Shown in pieces: positions 22,432 through 33,368 of a stretch of DNA of 48,978 nt; the stretch's first letter is position 1; the number at the start of each line of letters is the position of its first letter. A program made the translations under genes and the position numbers. This DNA comes from Dehalococcoidia bacterium (GTDB lineage Bacteria; Chloroflexota; Dehalococcoidia; Lucifugimonadales; Australimonadaceae), in the NCBI GenBank assembly GCA_963579845.1, contig CAUZHS010000005.1:1-48978 (forward strand), read 5' to 3'. The notes beneath the pieces are model-generated. The model searched no databases and had not been told where the DNA came from. It saw nothing but the letters and a program-made list of their open reading frames with translations.

Positions 22432-23590
22432 CGACGCCTCCGTGGCCTTCCGGTTTATTTCTGGAGACCATTTTATTTATTCCAACAGCGGGCGCATACT
22501 CCGGGTCGGCCAGGAGGTCCTCCAATGCCAGTTGGCCCGGTTCCTGCTGATGGCGAAGGTTGCTCACCCCCACGCCGACGAGCCGCACCGCCTGACCGGG
22601 CAACCAGTTGGCCTTAAGCAGTTGGTTCGTCGTCTCCTGGAGGGCCTCCTTCGCCGCCGTGGCCCGAGCCCTGCTCATCGAGCGGGTTATGGTGGTGAAA
22701 TCGGAGAACCGTAATTTCAGCGTCACCGTTCGGGCCAGCAGATCATGCCGGTCCAGCGACTCCGCAACTTCTGCAGCCATGCGCGCGATCGCATGGTGCA
22801 GCGGCTCCGCTTGGTCGACATCCTCGGCGAATGTCCCCTCGGAGCTGATGGACTTGGTTTCGCGGCCTGTAGTGATGGCTGAGTTGTCCTGTCCGAGGGC
22901 GCGATGCTGCACAACGGCCCCACGGGGACCCAAAACGGCCATGACGTTGGAGAGGGGAGCTCGGGCAACCTGTCCCAGCGTCTGAAATCCCCGCGCCCGC
23001 AGCCGCTCTGCCGACTTGGGGCCGATTCCAGGCAACGCCTGGACTCCTAATCCATCGAGGAAGGATGCTTCGGCGCCGGCTGGCACCACCATGAATCCGT
23101 TGGGTTTGCCCTCCTCGCAGGCAATCTTCGCCACCATTTTGTTAGAGGCAAGTCCCACCGAGCAGGCGAGACCGACCACGTCTTTCACCCGCGCCTGGGC
23201 TCGTAGCATAATGCCCACCGCCTCCTCTAACTCTGGGGCGACGGGAGTCAACTCCAGATACGCTTCGTCGATGGACACTTGCTGCACCAGCTCCGTCGTC
23301 TCATGCAACAGATCCATCACCCGTCGGGAGTAGTTTTGGTAGAGGTGGTGGCGGGTGGGAAGCACCGTTGCCTGGGGACACAGGCGCAGGGCTTGGGACA
23401 TAGGCATTGCCGAGTGACAGCCGAAAGTACGGGCCTCATAGGAGGCTGCCGCAACTACGCCCCTTCCTTGGGGAGACCCTCCGATAAGCACCGGCTTCCC
23501 CTTTAGCTCGGGGTGTTCAATGACCTCCACCGATGCGAAGAAAGCGTCGAGGTCGACGAGGGCCACAGTCCGGGACGCTTGGTGTTCCAT
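22415..23590 (-). CDS. dinB: DNA polymerase IV (Y family)
   Basis: VDLDAFFASVE, AASYEAR, SIDEAY, LPGIGPK; QLAL clamp-binding-like motif. Confidence 0.96.
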   Translation of the reverse strand: MEHQASRTVALVDLDAFFASVEVIEHPELKGKPVLIGGSPQGRGVVAAASYEARTFGCHSAMPMSQALRLCPQATVLPTRHHLYQNYSRRVMDLLHETTELVQQVSIDEAYLELTPVAPELEEAVGIMLRAQARVKDVVGLACSVGLASNKMVAKIACEEGKPNGFMVVPAGAEASFLDGLGVQALPGIGPKSAERLRARGFQTLGQVARAPLSNVMAVLGPRGAVVQHRALGQDNSAITTGRETKSISSEGTFAEDVDQAEPLHHAIARMAAEVAESLDRHDLLARTVTLKLRFSDFTTITRSMSRARATAAKEALQETTNQLLKANWLPGQAVRLVGVGVSNLRHQQEPGQLALEDLLADPEYAPAVGINKMVSRNKPEGHGGVDAAIE

Positions 23591-23686
23591 AAAGCTCCGG
23601 TATGGTAGTGCAAGGTTGTTCCCGACCGCCAGGGTGTGGTGTCCGGCCCTGTGGTGCCCCGTATAATAATCCAAGAACGGAAGTGC

Positions 23687-23923
23687 ATAATTGAGGGCAG
23701 GGTGATTGCCTCTCGTTAGGTCTACGAGGATGCCATCGACCTACTCCGCGAGCAGTTCGCTGAAGTGGACGTGTGGGAGAGCCAACTGCCTCCCACCGAG
23801 GAGGAGCTTCGCTGGCGGCCTGCTGGCTGCATCGCGCTGGTGACGATGTGCACCGATAAGGTGGACGCTGCACATTGGCAGCGCCTCTTCCACGGCGCGA
23901 CGGGGACGGAATCTAGTCCATAA
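23687..23923 (+). pseudogene. N-terminal relic of a glyoxylate reductase / D-2-hydroxyacid dehydrogenase
   Basis: IIEGRVIASR*VYEDAIDLLREQFAEVDVWESQLPPTEEEL..ALVTMCTDKVDA; ATA in place of a start, in-frame TAG at 23717, truncated. Confidence 0.65.
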
Positions 23924-23953
23924 AAAAGGGGACTATGAAACATAGTCCCCTTT
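23922..23953 (-). terminator. Intrinsic terminator downstream of HU
   Basis: AAAGGGGACTATG-aaa-CATAGTCCCCTTT hairpin with T-run on minus strand. Confidence 0.8.
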
Positions 23954-24010
23954 ACGTTCTACTCTCACTCTACCGCGGCTCGGCGATAGGCGCAGAGGCC
24001 TTTGTGGGTA

Positions 24011-24301
24011 TTAACGGACCGCTCCCGCCAACTCTGAACCCGGGGTGAATCCCACGCGGCTATGAGCCGGGACGGTCACCCGCTGACCAGCTTGCGAACC
24101 CCTAATGGCACGGACCTGCCGCTCTTTGACGCTTCGGGATTCAAAGGCGCCAAATCCAGTCAGGACTACGCGGTCGCCTGATGCCAATGTTTCGCGGATG
24201 GAATCAAGCACTGCGTTTAGAGCCGTGTCGCCTTGAGAGCGGGGTCCCCCTAGCTTACCGGCAACCTTCGCTGCCAAATCTCCCTTTCGTAGCGTGGCCA
24301 A
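24011..24301 (-). CDS. hup: HU/IHF-family DNA-binding protein
   Basis: GDRVVLTGFGAF, VTVPA..VGFTPG; GGAGG RBS before TTG 24301. Confidence 0.92.
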   Translation of the reverse strand: MATLRKGDLAAKVAGKLGGPRSQGDTALNAVLDSIRETLASGDRVVLTGFGAFESRSVKERQVRAIRGSQAGQRVTVPAHSRVGFTPGSELAGAVR

Positions 24302-24383
24302 GACTACACCTCCTAAGTTCGACATTTCGATGGTAGCGCTACCTTTGCGCGGGCGTATATATAACACACGATTTCGTGCAATG

Positions 24384-25247
24384 CTACCCCTTTTGGCCGT
24401 TAACGGCCTTGTTCCGTGGATTTCCGGTGCCGTGGTCCGGTTGAAAGTCCTCTCGCCACCATCGAAAAAAGTGGTTCAGCGGGCCGTGGCCTGCCCCAAG
24501 GGAAAAGCCCGCTGCGATGGCCCCATGAACGTATTCCTTGGCCATGTGAACGGCTTCGTCCACGGGTTTCCCATGCGATAACCCCGCGGTGATGGCCGAC
24601 GAATAGGTACAGCCTGTGCCGTGGGTGCTCCTGGTGGGGATGCGCTGCGCGGAAAGGGTGGTGAAGCGAGTCCCGTCGTAGAGCACATCGGTGGCCTCTT
24701 CGCCAAAATGGCCTCCCGTGACTACAACGTATCGCGGCCCCAGGGCGGCGATGGCCTGCGCTGCCGTGCGGGCCTCCTCAAGGCTCCTCACCCTCAGGCC
24801 ACTCAGGGCCTCGGCTTCGGCGGCGTTGGGTGTAACGACTAGCGCCAGGGGAAGGAGCATTCGCCGAAGCGCGTCCAGCGCATCGGCGCGCAGCAGCCGT
24901 TCCCCGCTGCTGGCGGCTATGACGGGGTCCACCACCAAGCGCGTGAGTCCCAAAGCTTTCAGGCGTTCCGCCACCACCTCAATGATAGGTGCGCTACTCA
25001 GCATGCCGGTCTTTACGGCATCCACGCCCAGGTCCACGGCTACGGCGTCGATCTGAGCAGCCACCATTGCCGGCTCCAATTCCTGGGCACCGATGACCCC
25101 CAGCGTGTTCTGGGCAGTCACCGCGGTAATGGCGCTTACCCCGTAGACCTCCAGCGCTGCGAAGGTCTTGAGGTCGGCCTGAATTCCCGCGCCCGCGCCC
25201 GAATCAGACCCCGCAATGGTGAGTGCCACCGGCACTTTGGCCGTCAT
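24384..25247 (-). CDS. thiD: Hydroxymethylpyrimidine/phosphomethylpyrimidine kinase
   Basis: TIAGSDSGAGAGIQADLKT, VKTGML, HGTGCT, GHGPLNH. Confidence 0.96.
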   Translation of the reverse strand: MTAKVPVALTIAGSDSGAGAGIQADLKTFAALEVYGVSAITAVTAQNTLGVIGAQELEPAMVAAQIDAVAVDLGVDAVKTGMLSSAPIIEVVAERLKALGLTRLVVDPVIAASSGERLLRADALDALRRMLLPLALVVTPNAAEAEALSGLRVRSLEEARTAAQAIAALGPRYVVVTGGHFGEEATDVLYDGTRFTTLSAQRIPTRSTHGTGCTYSSAITAGLSHGKPVDEAVHMAKEYVHGAIAAGFSLGAGHGPLNHFFRWWREDFQPDHGTGNPRNKAVNGQKG

Positions 25248-25284
25248 GTATTTCCTCGCTTGTTAGTCGAGTTTGACGCGTTGC

Positions 25285-27403
<2,119 letters not shown>

Positions 27404-27425
27404 TGTCTATAAGTAGAACACTTGC

Positions 27426-27454
27426 ATTTTACGGAAACGGCTTGACCGCGTCAA
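27426..27454 (-). promoter_or_regulatory. sigma70 promoter of the TPP leader
   Basis: TTGACG-17 nt-TAAAAT on minus strand. Confidence 0.75.
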
Positions 27455-27469
27455 TGAAGCGGGCCCATA

Positions 27470-27507
27470 ACAGAACAGGGGGGCCAGAGTTGGCCCCCCT
27501 GTTCTTG
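27470..27507 (-). terminator. Terminator downstream of the aquaporin gene
   Basis: AGAACAGGGGGGCC..GGCCCCCCTGTTCT hairpin. Confidence 0.7.
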
Positions 27508-27527
27508 CAATCCATTCTCAACGCGCT

Positions 27528-28244
27528 TTAGGCGGTGTCCTTCTTGAACCCGTAGTGGTACACCAACCCTGCTATGGCAGCACCGGCCAGTGGCCCGACA
27601 ATGTAGACCCAGACGTCGCTCCACGTGTTGGCCATGATGGCCGGACCCAACGTTCGGGCAGGGTTCATGGAGGCGCCGGTCAGGGGCACCCCAACGAGTA
27701 GGGCGACGGTTACCGCAAGGCCAATAGCCAAGGGTGCGACAAAGCCTACCCCTCGCTTGTCCATGGCCGCGCCGAAGACGACGAAGACCAAAACCGCGGT
27801 AAGGATAATTTCGATGCCCAGGCCCTGACCAACGCTCACGGCGGGAGCAAGGGCATGCGAGCCCAGTGTCCCAGCGCCTTCGCCCAGTCCGCCGCCCATC
27901 ACTTCGGGGATGAGTAGTCCTGCGGCCAACGCGCCTAATGTTCCACCGGCTATCTGCGCGATGATGTAGAAAATGCCGTTGGCAGCGCTGATACGTTGGG
28001 TAATAATCGCGGCGAAGGTTACCGCCGGGTTGATGTGGCCGCCCGACAGGTGGGCGGTTGCAGAGACCAGCATTGCGATGGCAAGACCGTGTCCGAGGGA
28101 GATGGCAATCAGCCTGCCAGTGTCCATTCCTCCACCCAAGATGTTGCCCGTTACGATAACTAAACCGACACCGAGGAAAACGAAGAAGAAGGTGGCAATC
28201 AGCTCTGCTGCTGCTGCCCGGTAGTCGAGCTTGGCGTTCATCAT
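27528..28244 (-). CDS. MIP-family channel (aquaporin)
   Basis: Two NPA motifs (SGGHINPAVT, GASMNPART), 6 TM; AGGAGG RBS before ATG 28244. Confidence 0.95.
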   Translation of the reverse strand: MMNAKLDYRAAAAELIATFFFVFLGVGLVIVTGNILGGGMDTGRLIAISLGHGLAIAMLVSATAHLSGGHINPAVTFAAIITQRISAANGIFYIIAQIAGGTLGALAAGLLIPEVMGGGLGEGAGTLGSHALAPAVSVGQGLGIEIILTAVLVFVVFGAAMDKRGVGFVAPLAIGLAVTVALLVGVPLTGASMNPARTLGPAIMANTWSDVWVYIVGPLAGAAIAGLVYHYGFKKDTA

Positions 28245-28612
28245 GAATCCTCCTTGAGTGCTCGCACCGCTACAGAAGGTCGCTTCCGTCTGTTGGTGCC
28301 TGGTCGCGGCTTTCACCGCTTGGAATTCACCGTGTTCCCAGACGCGGATTGTTCCACGTCTGTGCGGCAGCATCCGTTATAAGGAGAGGAGCATCGGAAG
28401 TCAAGGCATTTTGCCGGCGTCCTTTGCCAAGCTTCGGCATGACGCCGTGCGTGTCGTGCGGCGAATATCCGAGTTCTGTCTGAGGGAGGGGCTAGAGAGT
28501 GGAGGGGCGCCTACTCGACTAAGGCTGCTTGGAACGCCGGCTCCATCTCCATGAGCGGTGCGAAGGCCTGAAAGCGAGCGGTGATGCAGGTGCAAGGGGC
28601 CGCGGTGGTCGT

Positions 28613-28699
28613 CTAGCCGCCGCCGCCACAGGCGGCTGCCACCAGCCCTACGGCCACCAGCAATGGCAGTATCCCCAAACGTTTTCGAGAAGCGGCCAT
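28613..28699 (-). pseudogene. Isolated lipoprotein signal peptide (28 aa) ending in TAG
   Basis: MAASRKRLGILPLLVAVGLVAAACGGGG*; lipobox AAC-GG; not in ORF track. Confidence 0.55.
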
Positions 28700-28874
28700 T
28701 CAGTATTCCTGTCTCTGTCAACCCAAGGCGATGCTTTTGAAGGTAACGATCCCATCCACCGGAACAGCCTTCAGAGAAGCGCTCCGCGTAATTTCTATAC
28801 GTGCTCAAGGCGAAGGCCGATTGGCCCAGCGCCTAAGTCAGGCGAGTGCAACTGCTATACTACGTAGTAAGGCC

Positions 28875-29792
28875 ATGATCAGAGACCTCCTCTCCATGAA
28901 CGACGTCACCAGCGCGCAGGTTCTTGAAATCCTGGACGCGGGTGACGTCTACCGCGAGGCTTCGGCGGAAGGCCATCCTCTGGCTGGTAAGAGCGTTGCT
29001 TTGCTCTTTGAAAAGCCCTCCCTGCGCACCAAGGTCAGCTTTGAGGTGGCCACCTACGAGCTGGGCGGACACCCCATTTACATGAGCAGGGAAGAGGTGG
29101 GGATGGGTACCCGCGAAACGGCGGAGGACATAGCCCGAGTGCTGGAGCGCTGGGTCTCGGTTATCGTTGCCCGTGTCTTCCAGCACGACAGCCTGCGACG
29201 GCTCGCCGAAAGCTCAGCCGTACCTGTGGTGAATGCACTCTCCGACGTTGAACACCCCTGCCAGGCGCTGGCTGACCTCCTGACCATGCGCCAGCGCCTG
29301 GGGGCGCTGAAGGGCGCTACTGTCGCGGTCATAGGGGATGCCAACAATTGCGCCTTGAGCTTGGCTCTGGGCTGCGCCGCCGTCGGCGCTCAGTTCCGCA
29401 TTGCTGCACCCGTCGGGTACGGCTTTGGGCCCGAAGACCTGGCCTCCATCAACCAGCGCTACGGCGGCAACGGCATGCGGGTTCAGACCGTTGCCAACGC
29501 GCAGGAAGCGGTTCGTGGGGCCGATGTCGTCTATACCGACGTCTGGACTAGCATGGGCCAGGAGCATCAGGCCGAAGAGCGCTATCGGGACTTCGCGGGC
29601 TACCAAGTCTCCGCCGAGCTCATGGCCCATGCCGGCGCTGGCGCCATCCTCATGCACCCCATGCCCGCCCACTACGGAGAGGAGCTTGCCGAAGGCATGC
29701 TTGACCATCCGCAGTCGGCGGCCTACGACCAGGCCGAGAATCGCCTCCATGTCCAAAAGGCAGTCTTGCGGCTGCTGGTGGTCGGCGCATAG
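28875..29792 (+). CDS. argF: Ornithine carbamoyltransferase
   Basis: FEKPSLRT, HPCQALAD, YTDVWTSMG, QAENRLH; HPMP where HCLP is usual. Confidence 0.9.
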   Translation: MIRDLLSMNDVTSAQVLEILDAGDVYREASAEGHPLAGKSVALLFEKPSLRTKVSFEVATYELGGHPIYMSREEVGMGTRETAEDIARVLERWVSVIVARVFQHDSLRRLAESSAVPVVNALSDVEHPCQALADLLTMRQRLGALKGATVAVIGDANNCALSLALGCAAVGAQFRIAAPVGYGFGPEDLASINQRYGGNGMRVQTVANAQEAVRGADVVYTDVWTSMGQEHQAEERYRDFAGYQVSAELMAHAGAGAILMHPMPAHYGEELAEGMLDHPQSAAYDQAENRLHVQKAVLRLLVVGA

Positions 29793-29806
29793 CTGAGGAA
29801 ATACCC

Positions 29807-31258
29807 ATGGAACAGCCAGCCCCCAGCACTATTCCCGCTCCCACACGCCCCAGTCACGCGCCCCGGGGTCATGCAATGGTGGCCATTGTTGGTCGTCCGA
29901 ACGTGGGGAAATCCAGCCTGTTCAACGCATGGATTGAGAACCGAACCGCCATCGTCTCCGAGGTCGCGGGTACCACGCGAGACCGTCTTTCGGCAGAGGT
30001 CGTCCACCTGGGCCGGACCATCGTGCTCGTCGACACCGGAGGTCTGGTGCCCGAGGCCGAAACAACGATGGACGAACTGGTCTTTTGGCAGGTGAAGGCT
30101 GCCGTGGGCGAGGCGGACGCCGTCATTTTCGTCACCGATGCGGTTCAAGGCGTGACCTACCATGACCGCCATGTCGCGCAGCTCCTCCGGGAGTCGGGCC
30201 GGCCCGTGGGCCTTGCGGTCAACAAAGTAGATAGCTCATCCCGCGAGAGCCTCGTCCCCGAATTTTACCAGTTGGGCCTGGGAGAGCCCTACCCGGTGAG
30301 CGCGTTGCACCGCCGAGGTCTGGACGGCCTGCTGGACACCGTCTTGGGCGTGCTGCCTCCCGAAGGCGAAGCAGTCGAGGAGGCCGTCGGCGTTCCGCAT
30401 TTCGCCATCGTTGGCCGCCCTAACGTGGGGAAATCGGCCATCGTCAACGCTGTCCTGGGCATGGAGCGTTCCATCGTGAGTGAAATCCCCGGAACCACAC
30501 GAGACGCCTTGGACACGACATGGGAGTTCGAAGGTAAAGGAGGCGTGCTCATCGACACGGCGGGCATACGCCGCAGAGGCGCGATTCAGCCCGGTATTGA
30601 GCGCTACAGCGTGTTGCGCGCCATTCGGGCCATCGATCGCAGTCACGTCGCCGTCGTGGTCTTGGACGCCACAGAGTTGGTGACAGCGCAGGACTTGCAC
30701 ATAGCTGGTCAGGTGCGGGAGTCGTTCCGTGGGGCTGTTGTGGTGGTGAACAAGTGGGACCTGGTGCCTGAAGCGATGCGGGACGAGGAGTTGATGCGTC
30801 GGCGGGTGCTCTCGCGGTTGCGGTTCATGGACCGTGTCCCTGTGCGTTTCACCTCCGCGCTCACCGGAGAGGGTATCGAAAGCCTGATGAGCACCGCCTT
30901 CGAGGTGTACAATCAGGGTCAACGCTGGGTCGATCCCCGCAAGTTGAACACCGTTGTCATGGACGCCATTGCCGAGCACCTTCCTCCCAAGCAGCGGACC
31001 AGCTCGATGAAGATTTACCGGGTTCGACAGGAGTCGGTGGGCCCACCTACATTCTACTTTTACTGCAACAACCCCGACCTGCTCCATTTCTCCTATGAAC
31101 GCTACTTGGAAAATGTCATTCGTAGGACATTCAACTTTCGGGGAGTGCATCTGCGTCTGGAGTTTCGAGGCAGGAGCAAGGTCCGCGTCGGCGGCGGTCA
31201 CCGGGGGGGCGTCACGCGCCCGAAAGTGCGGAGCGGCGGGAAGGGTCCGGCCCGGTAG
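29807..31258 (+). CDS. der: Ribosome biogenesis GTPase Der (EngA)
   Basis: Two GRPNVGKS / GTTRD / DTxG / NKxD GTPase domains plus KH-like domain. Confidence 0.97.
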   Translation: MEQPAPSTIPAPTRPSHAPRGHAMVAIVGRPNVGKSSLFNAWIENRTAIVSEVAGTTRDRLSAEVVHLGRTIVLVDTGGLVPEAETTMDELVFWQVKAAVGEADAVIFVTDAVQGVTYHDRHVAQLLRESGRPVGLAVNKVDSSSRESLVPEFYQLGLGEPYPVSALHRRGLDGLLDTVLGVLPPEGEAVEEAVGVPHFAIVGRPNVGKSAIVNAVLGMERSIVSEIPGTTRDALDTTWEFEGKGGVLIDTAGIRRRGAIQPGIERYSVLRAIRAIDRSHVAVVVLDATELVTAQDLHIAGQVRESFRGAVVVVNKWDLVPEAMRDEELMRRRVLSRLRFMDRVPVRFTSALTGEGIESLMSTAFEVYNQGQRWVDPRKLNTVVMDAIAEHLPPKQRTSSMKIYRVRQESVGPPTFYFYCNNPDLLHFSYERYLENVIRRTFNFRGVHLRLEFRGRSKVRVGGGHRGGVTRPKVRSGGKGPAR

Positions 31259-31261
31259 GCC

Positions 31262-31867
31262 ATGGATTTCTGGTGGTTGGTGCCCATTGCGTATCTGGTG
31301 GGTGGAATCCCTTGGGGTCTGCTGATTGTTAAGAGTGTCCTGCGCGTGGATGTCCGTGATTACGGAAGCGGTACGACGGGCGCTACCAACGTCTTGCGCA
31401 CAGCGGGGAAGGGCCCCGCGCTGCTCACCCTCGCAGGAGACGCCGTAAAGGCGGTGGTAATGGTCGTGCTCGCCCAGCTCCTCACCGGGACCGACGCAGT
31501 GCATGCTAGTGTGGCTCTCGCGGTCATCGCCGGCCACATATGGCCGGTGTGGGCAGGTTTCCACGGCGGCAAGGGTCTCGTCACCGGGGCTGCTGCTGCT
31601 GGCGCCTTGATACCGCTGGCAGGCTTGGTGGGCGCAGCCGTCTTTGTAACTATCGTGGCCCTGACTCGATACGTCTCGGTGGGGTCGGTCGTAGGCGTCT
31701 TCGCAGTAGCGGTGGCCCACACGGTGCTGTACCTCGCCGGGGTGTATCCCGGCCCCTACCTGGCCTTCGCGTGGGCGGGGGGGCTGCTGATAGCGGCGGC
31801 ACACCACGGCAACGTGGTCCGTCTGCTCCGCGGGACGGAACGGCGGCTGGGAGAGAGAGCAGATTAG
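31262..31867 (+). CDS. plsY: Glycerol-3-phosphate acyltransferase PlsY
   Basis: GSGTTGATNVLR, GHIWP..FHGGKG, RYVSVGS, HHGNV.RL; follows der. Confidence 0.93.
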   Translation: MDFWWLVPIAYLVGGIPWGLLIVKSVLRVDVRDYGSGTTGATNVLRTAGKGPALLTLAGDAVKAVVMVVLAQLLTGTDAVHASVALAVIAGHIWPVWAGFHGGKGLVTGAAAAGALIPLAGLVGAAVFVTIVALTRYVSVGSVVGVFAVAVAHTVLYLAGVYPGPYLAFAWAGGLLIAAAHHGNVVRLLRGTERRLGERAD

Positions 31868-31987
31868 TGAGGGCTGAACAGGAGTTAGGTCGTTGTACAG
31901 CCCGCTGAGTAGTGCTATAGTCAACACCGAGAGGATGCCGTGGTCGTGCGGCATCCATCTGCGTTCATGGGAAGGAGGCGACGAAAC

Positions 31988-32563
31988 ATCGCCAAGGACT
32001 TTCGCGTAAACGAGGGCATTCGCATCCCGGAGGTCCGCGTTGTCGACGACCAAGGTCAGCAGTTGGGAGTGATACCGACCCGCGAGGCTCTGGCCTTAGC
32101 TCGGGAGCGTGACCTCGACTTGGTGGAAGTCTCGCCCAACGCGGTGCCACCTGTTTGCCGGGTGCTGGACTACGGTAAATTTCGCTATATCCAGACCATT
32201 AAAGCGAAGGAGATGCGCAAGTCCAATAAGGCCAACGCCTTGCGGGAAGTGCGCTTCCGCCCACGTATCGGACGGCACGATATCGAGTCGAAAGAACGTT
32301 TGGTCCACCGCTTGCTTGGTGAGGGTTCCAAGGTGAAGGTCTCCGTCATGTTCCGAGGCCGGGAGCGGGAGCATCCAGAGGTGGCCATGAACTTGCTGCG
32401 CGAGGTTGCGGAGACCTTGAAAGAGGAATCGAAGCTGGAGCAGGCCCCAAATCTGGAAGGGCGAATGATGAGCATTGTCTTGGCTCCGGCAAAAGCCCTT
32501 GTTGGCGCCGAAACGAAAGAAGCTCCGGAGAGTGGGGAAGATGCCGAAACTAAAAACGCATAA
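31988..32563 (+). CDS. infC: Translation initiation factor IF-3 (probable ATC start)
   Basis: RVNEGI, LDLVEVSPNAVPPVCRVLDYGKF, KVKVSVMFRGRE; AGGAGG RBS 9 nt before in-frame ATC. Confidence 0.95.
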   Translation: MAKDFRVNEGIRIPEVRVVDDQGQQLGVIPTREALALARERDLDLVEVSPNAVPPVCRVLDYGKFRYIQTIKAKEMRKSNKANALREVRFRPRIGRHDIESKERLVHRLLGEGSKVKVSVMFRGREREHPEVAMNLLREVAETLKEESKLEQAPNLEGRMMSIVLAPAKALVGAETKEAPESGEDAETKNA

Positions 32564-32744
32564 GGGCGCTGCTGCGCGCTACCGGGCGACAAGCACCGGC
32601 AAATTGGTACGTATGAAGCGCCATAGTAGTCACCTGCGACGCAAGAAACCCAAGGACGTACGTGGGCAGTTCGATGTAACGATTCCCGTGAGCTCCACGC
32701 AGACGCGGCGCGTGAGGACGCTGCTTCCGAAGTTGAGGCGCTAG
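32541..32744 (+). CDS. rpmI: 50S ribosomal protein L35
   Basis: MPKLKTHKGAAAR; between infC and rplT. Confidence 0.95.
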   Translation: MPKLKTHKGAAARYRATSTGKLVRMKRHSSHLRRKKPKDVRGQFDVTIPVSSTQTRRVRTLLPKLRR

Positions 32745-32923
32745 AAGAAACTGATGAAATAATAAGGTGTGTGCCCCGACCTGTCGGGGCCGGGAGTCTG
32801 ACCGAGTCCCTCAGCTATTTATACCCCCCTCTCCCCCTGCTGGTCAAGAAGGTGTCCTGAGCCCCCGTCAAAGGAAAGAGGGTCAGGGGGGATGGTAGGA
32901 ATGGTTTTCCCGCAACCCTTTAA
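32741..32923 (+). repeat. Dispersed intergenic repeat (MITE-like), copy C
   Basis: Begins at CTAG containing the rpmI stop; ATGAAATA, GTCCTGAGCCCCCGTCAAAGG and GGGGGATGG blocks shared with copy A. Confidence 0.65.
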
Positions 32924-32994
32924 GAGTTTGGTATTGTTCGGATTGCCCGAGAGATACGAAAGCGAAAACTGATAACGCTAATTGAGAGGATCCC

Positions 32995-33360
32995 ATGGCG
33001 CGCATCAAGCGAGGCGTAACGGCCCACCAAAGGCACAAGAAGGTCTTGGCGTTGACCAAGGGCCACCGCGGTAGTAGGAGCAAGCTGTACCGCCGGGCTC
33101 ACGAGGCCATGCTTCACGCTTTGAAATATGCCTATCGTCACCGGAAAGAGCTTAAGGGGGACATGCGGCGCCTGTGGATAATCCGCATTGGCGCTGGCGT
33201 TCGGGCCCAGGGTCTTTCCTACAGCCAGTTCATGTACGGCCTAAAGCAGGCTAATGTCTCCGTCGACCGGAAGGTGATGGCCGAGTTGGCAATCAATGAC
33301 ATCACTGCCTTCACCGAGTTGGTGACGGTCGCCAAAGCCCAGCTCGCAGTGGCTGCGTAG
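32995..33360 (+). CDS. rplT: 50S ribosomal protein L20
   Basis: MARIKRGV, MRRLWIIRI, YSQFM, DRKVMAELA. Confidence 0.98.
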   Translation: MARIKRGVTAHQRHKKVLALTKGHRGSRSKLYRRAHEAMLHALKYAYRHRKELKGDMRRLWIIRIGAGVRAQGLSYSQFMYGLKQANVSVDRKVMAELAINDITAFTELVTVAKAQLAVAA

Positions 33361-33368
33361 CCTCCGCA

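Noticed and set aside
28320-28345. GGGAACACGGTGAATTCC as part of a cobalamin riboswitch
   Set aside because: The downstream GCCCCCGC.ACTGT core and B12 box are absent.
30236-32053. 605-aa minus-strand ORF
   Set aside because: Antisense shadow across der and plsY; no recognisable domain.
32924-32994. Weak hairpins before rplT as an L20 leader
   Set aside because: Stems are short and imperfect and cannot be distinguished from chance without a covariance model.
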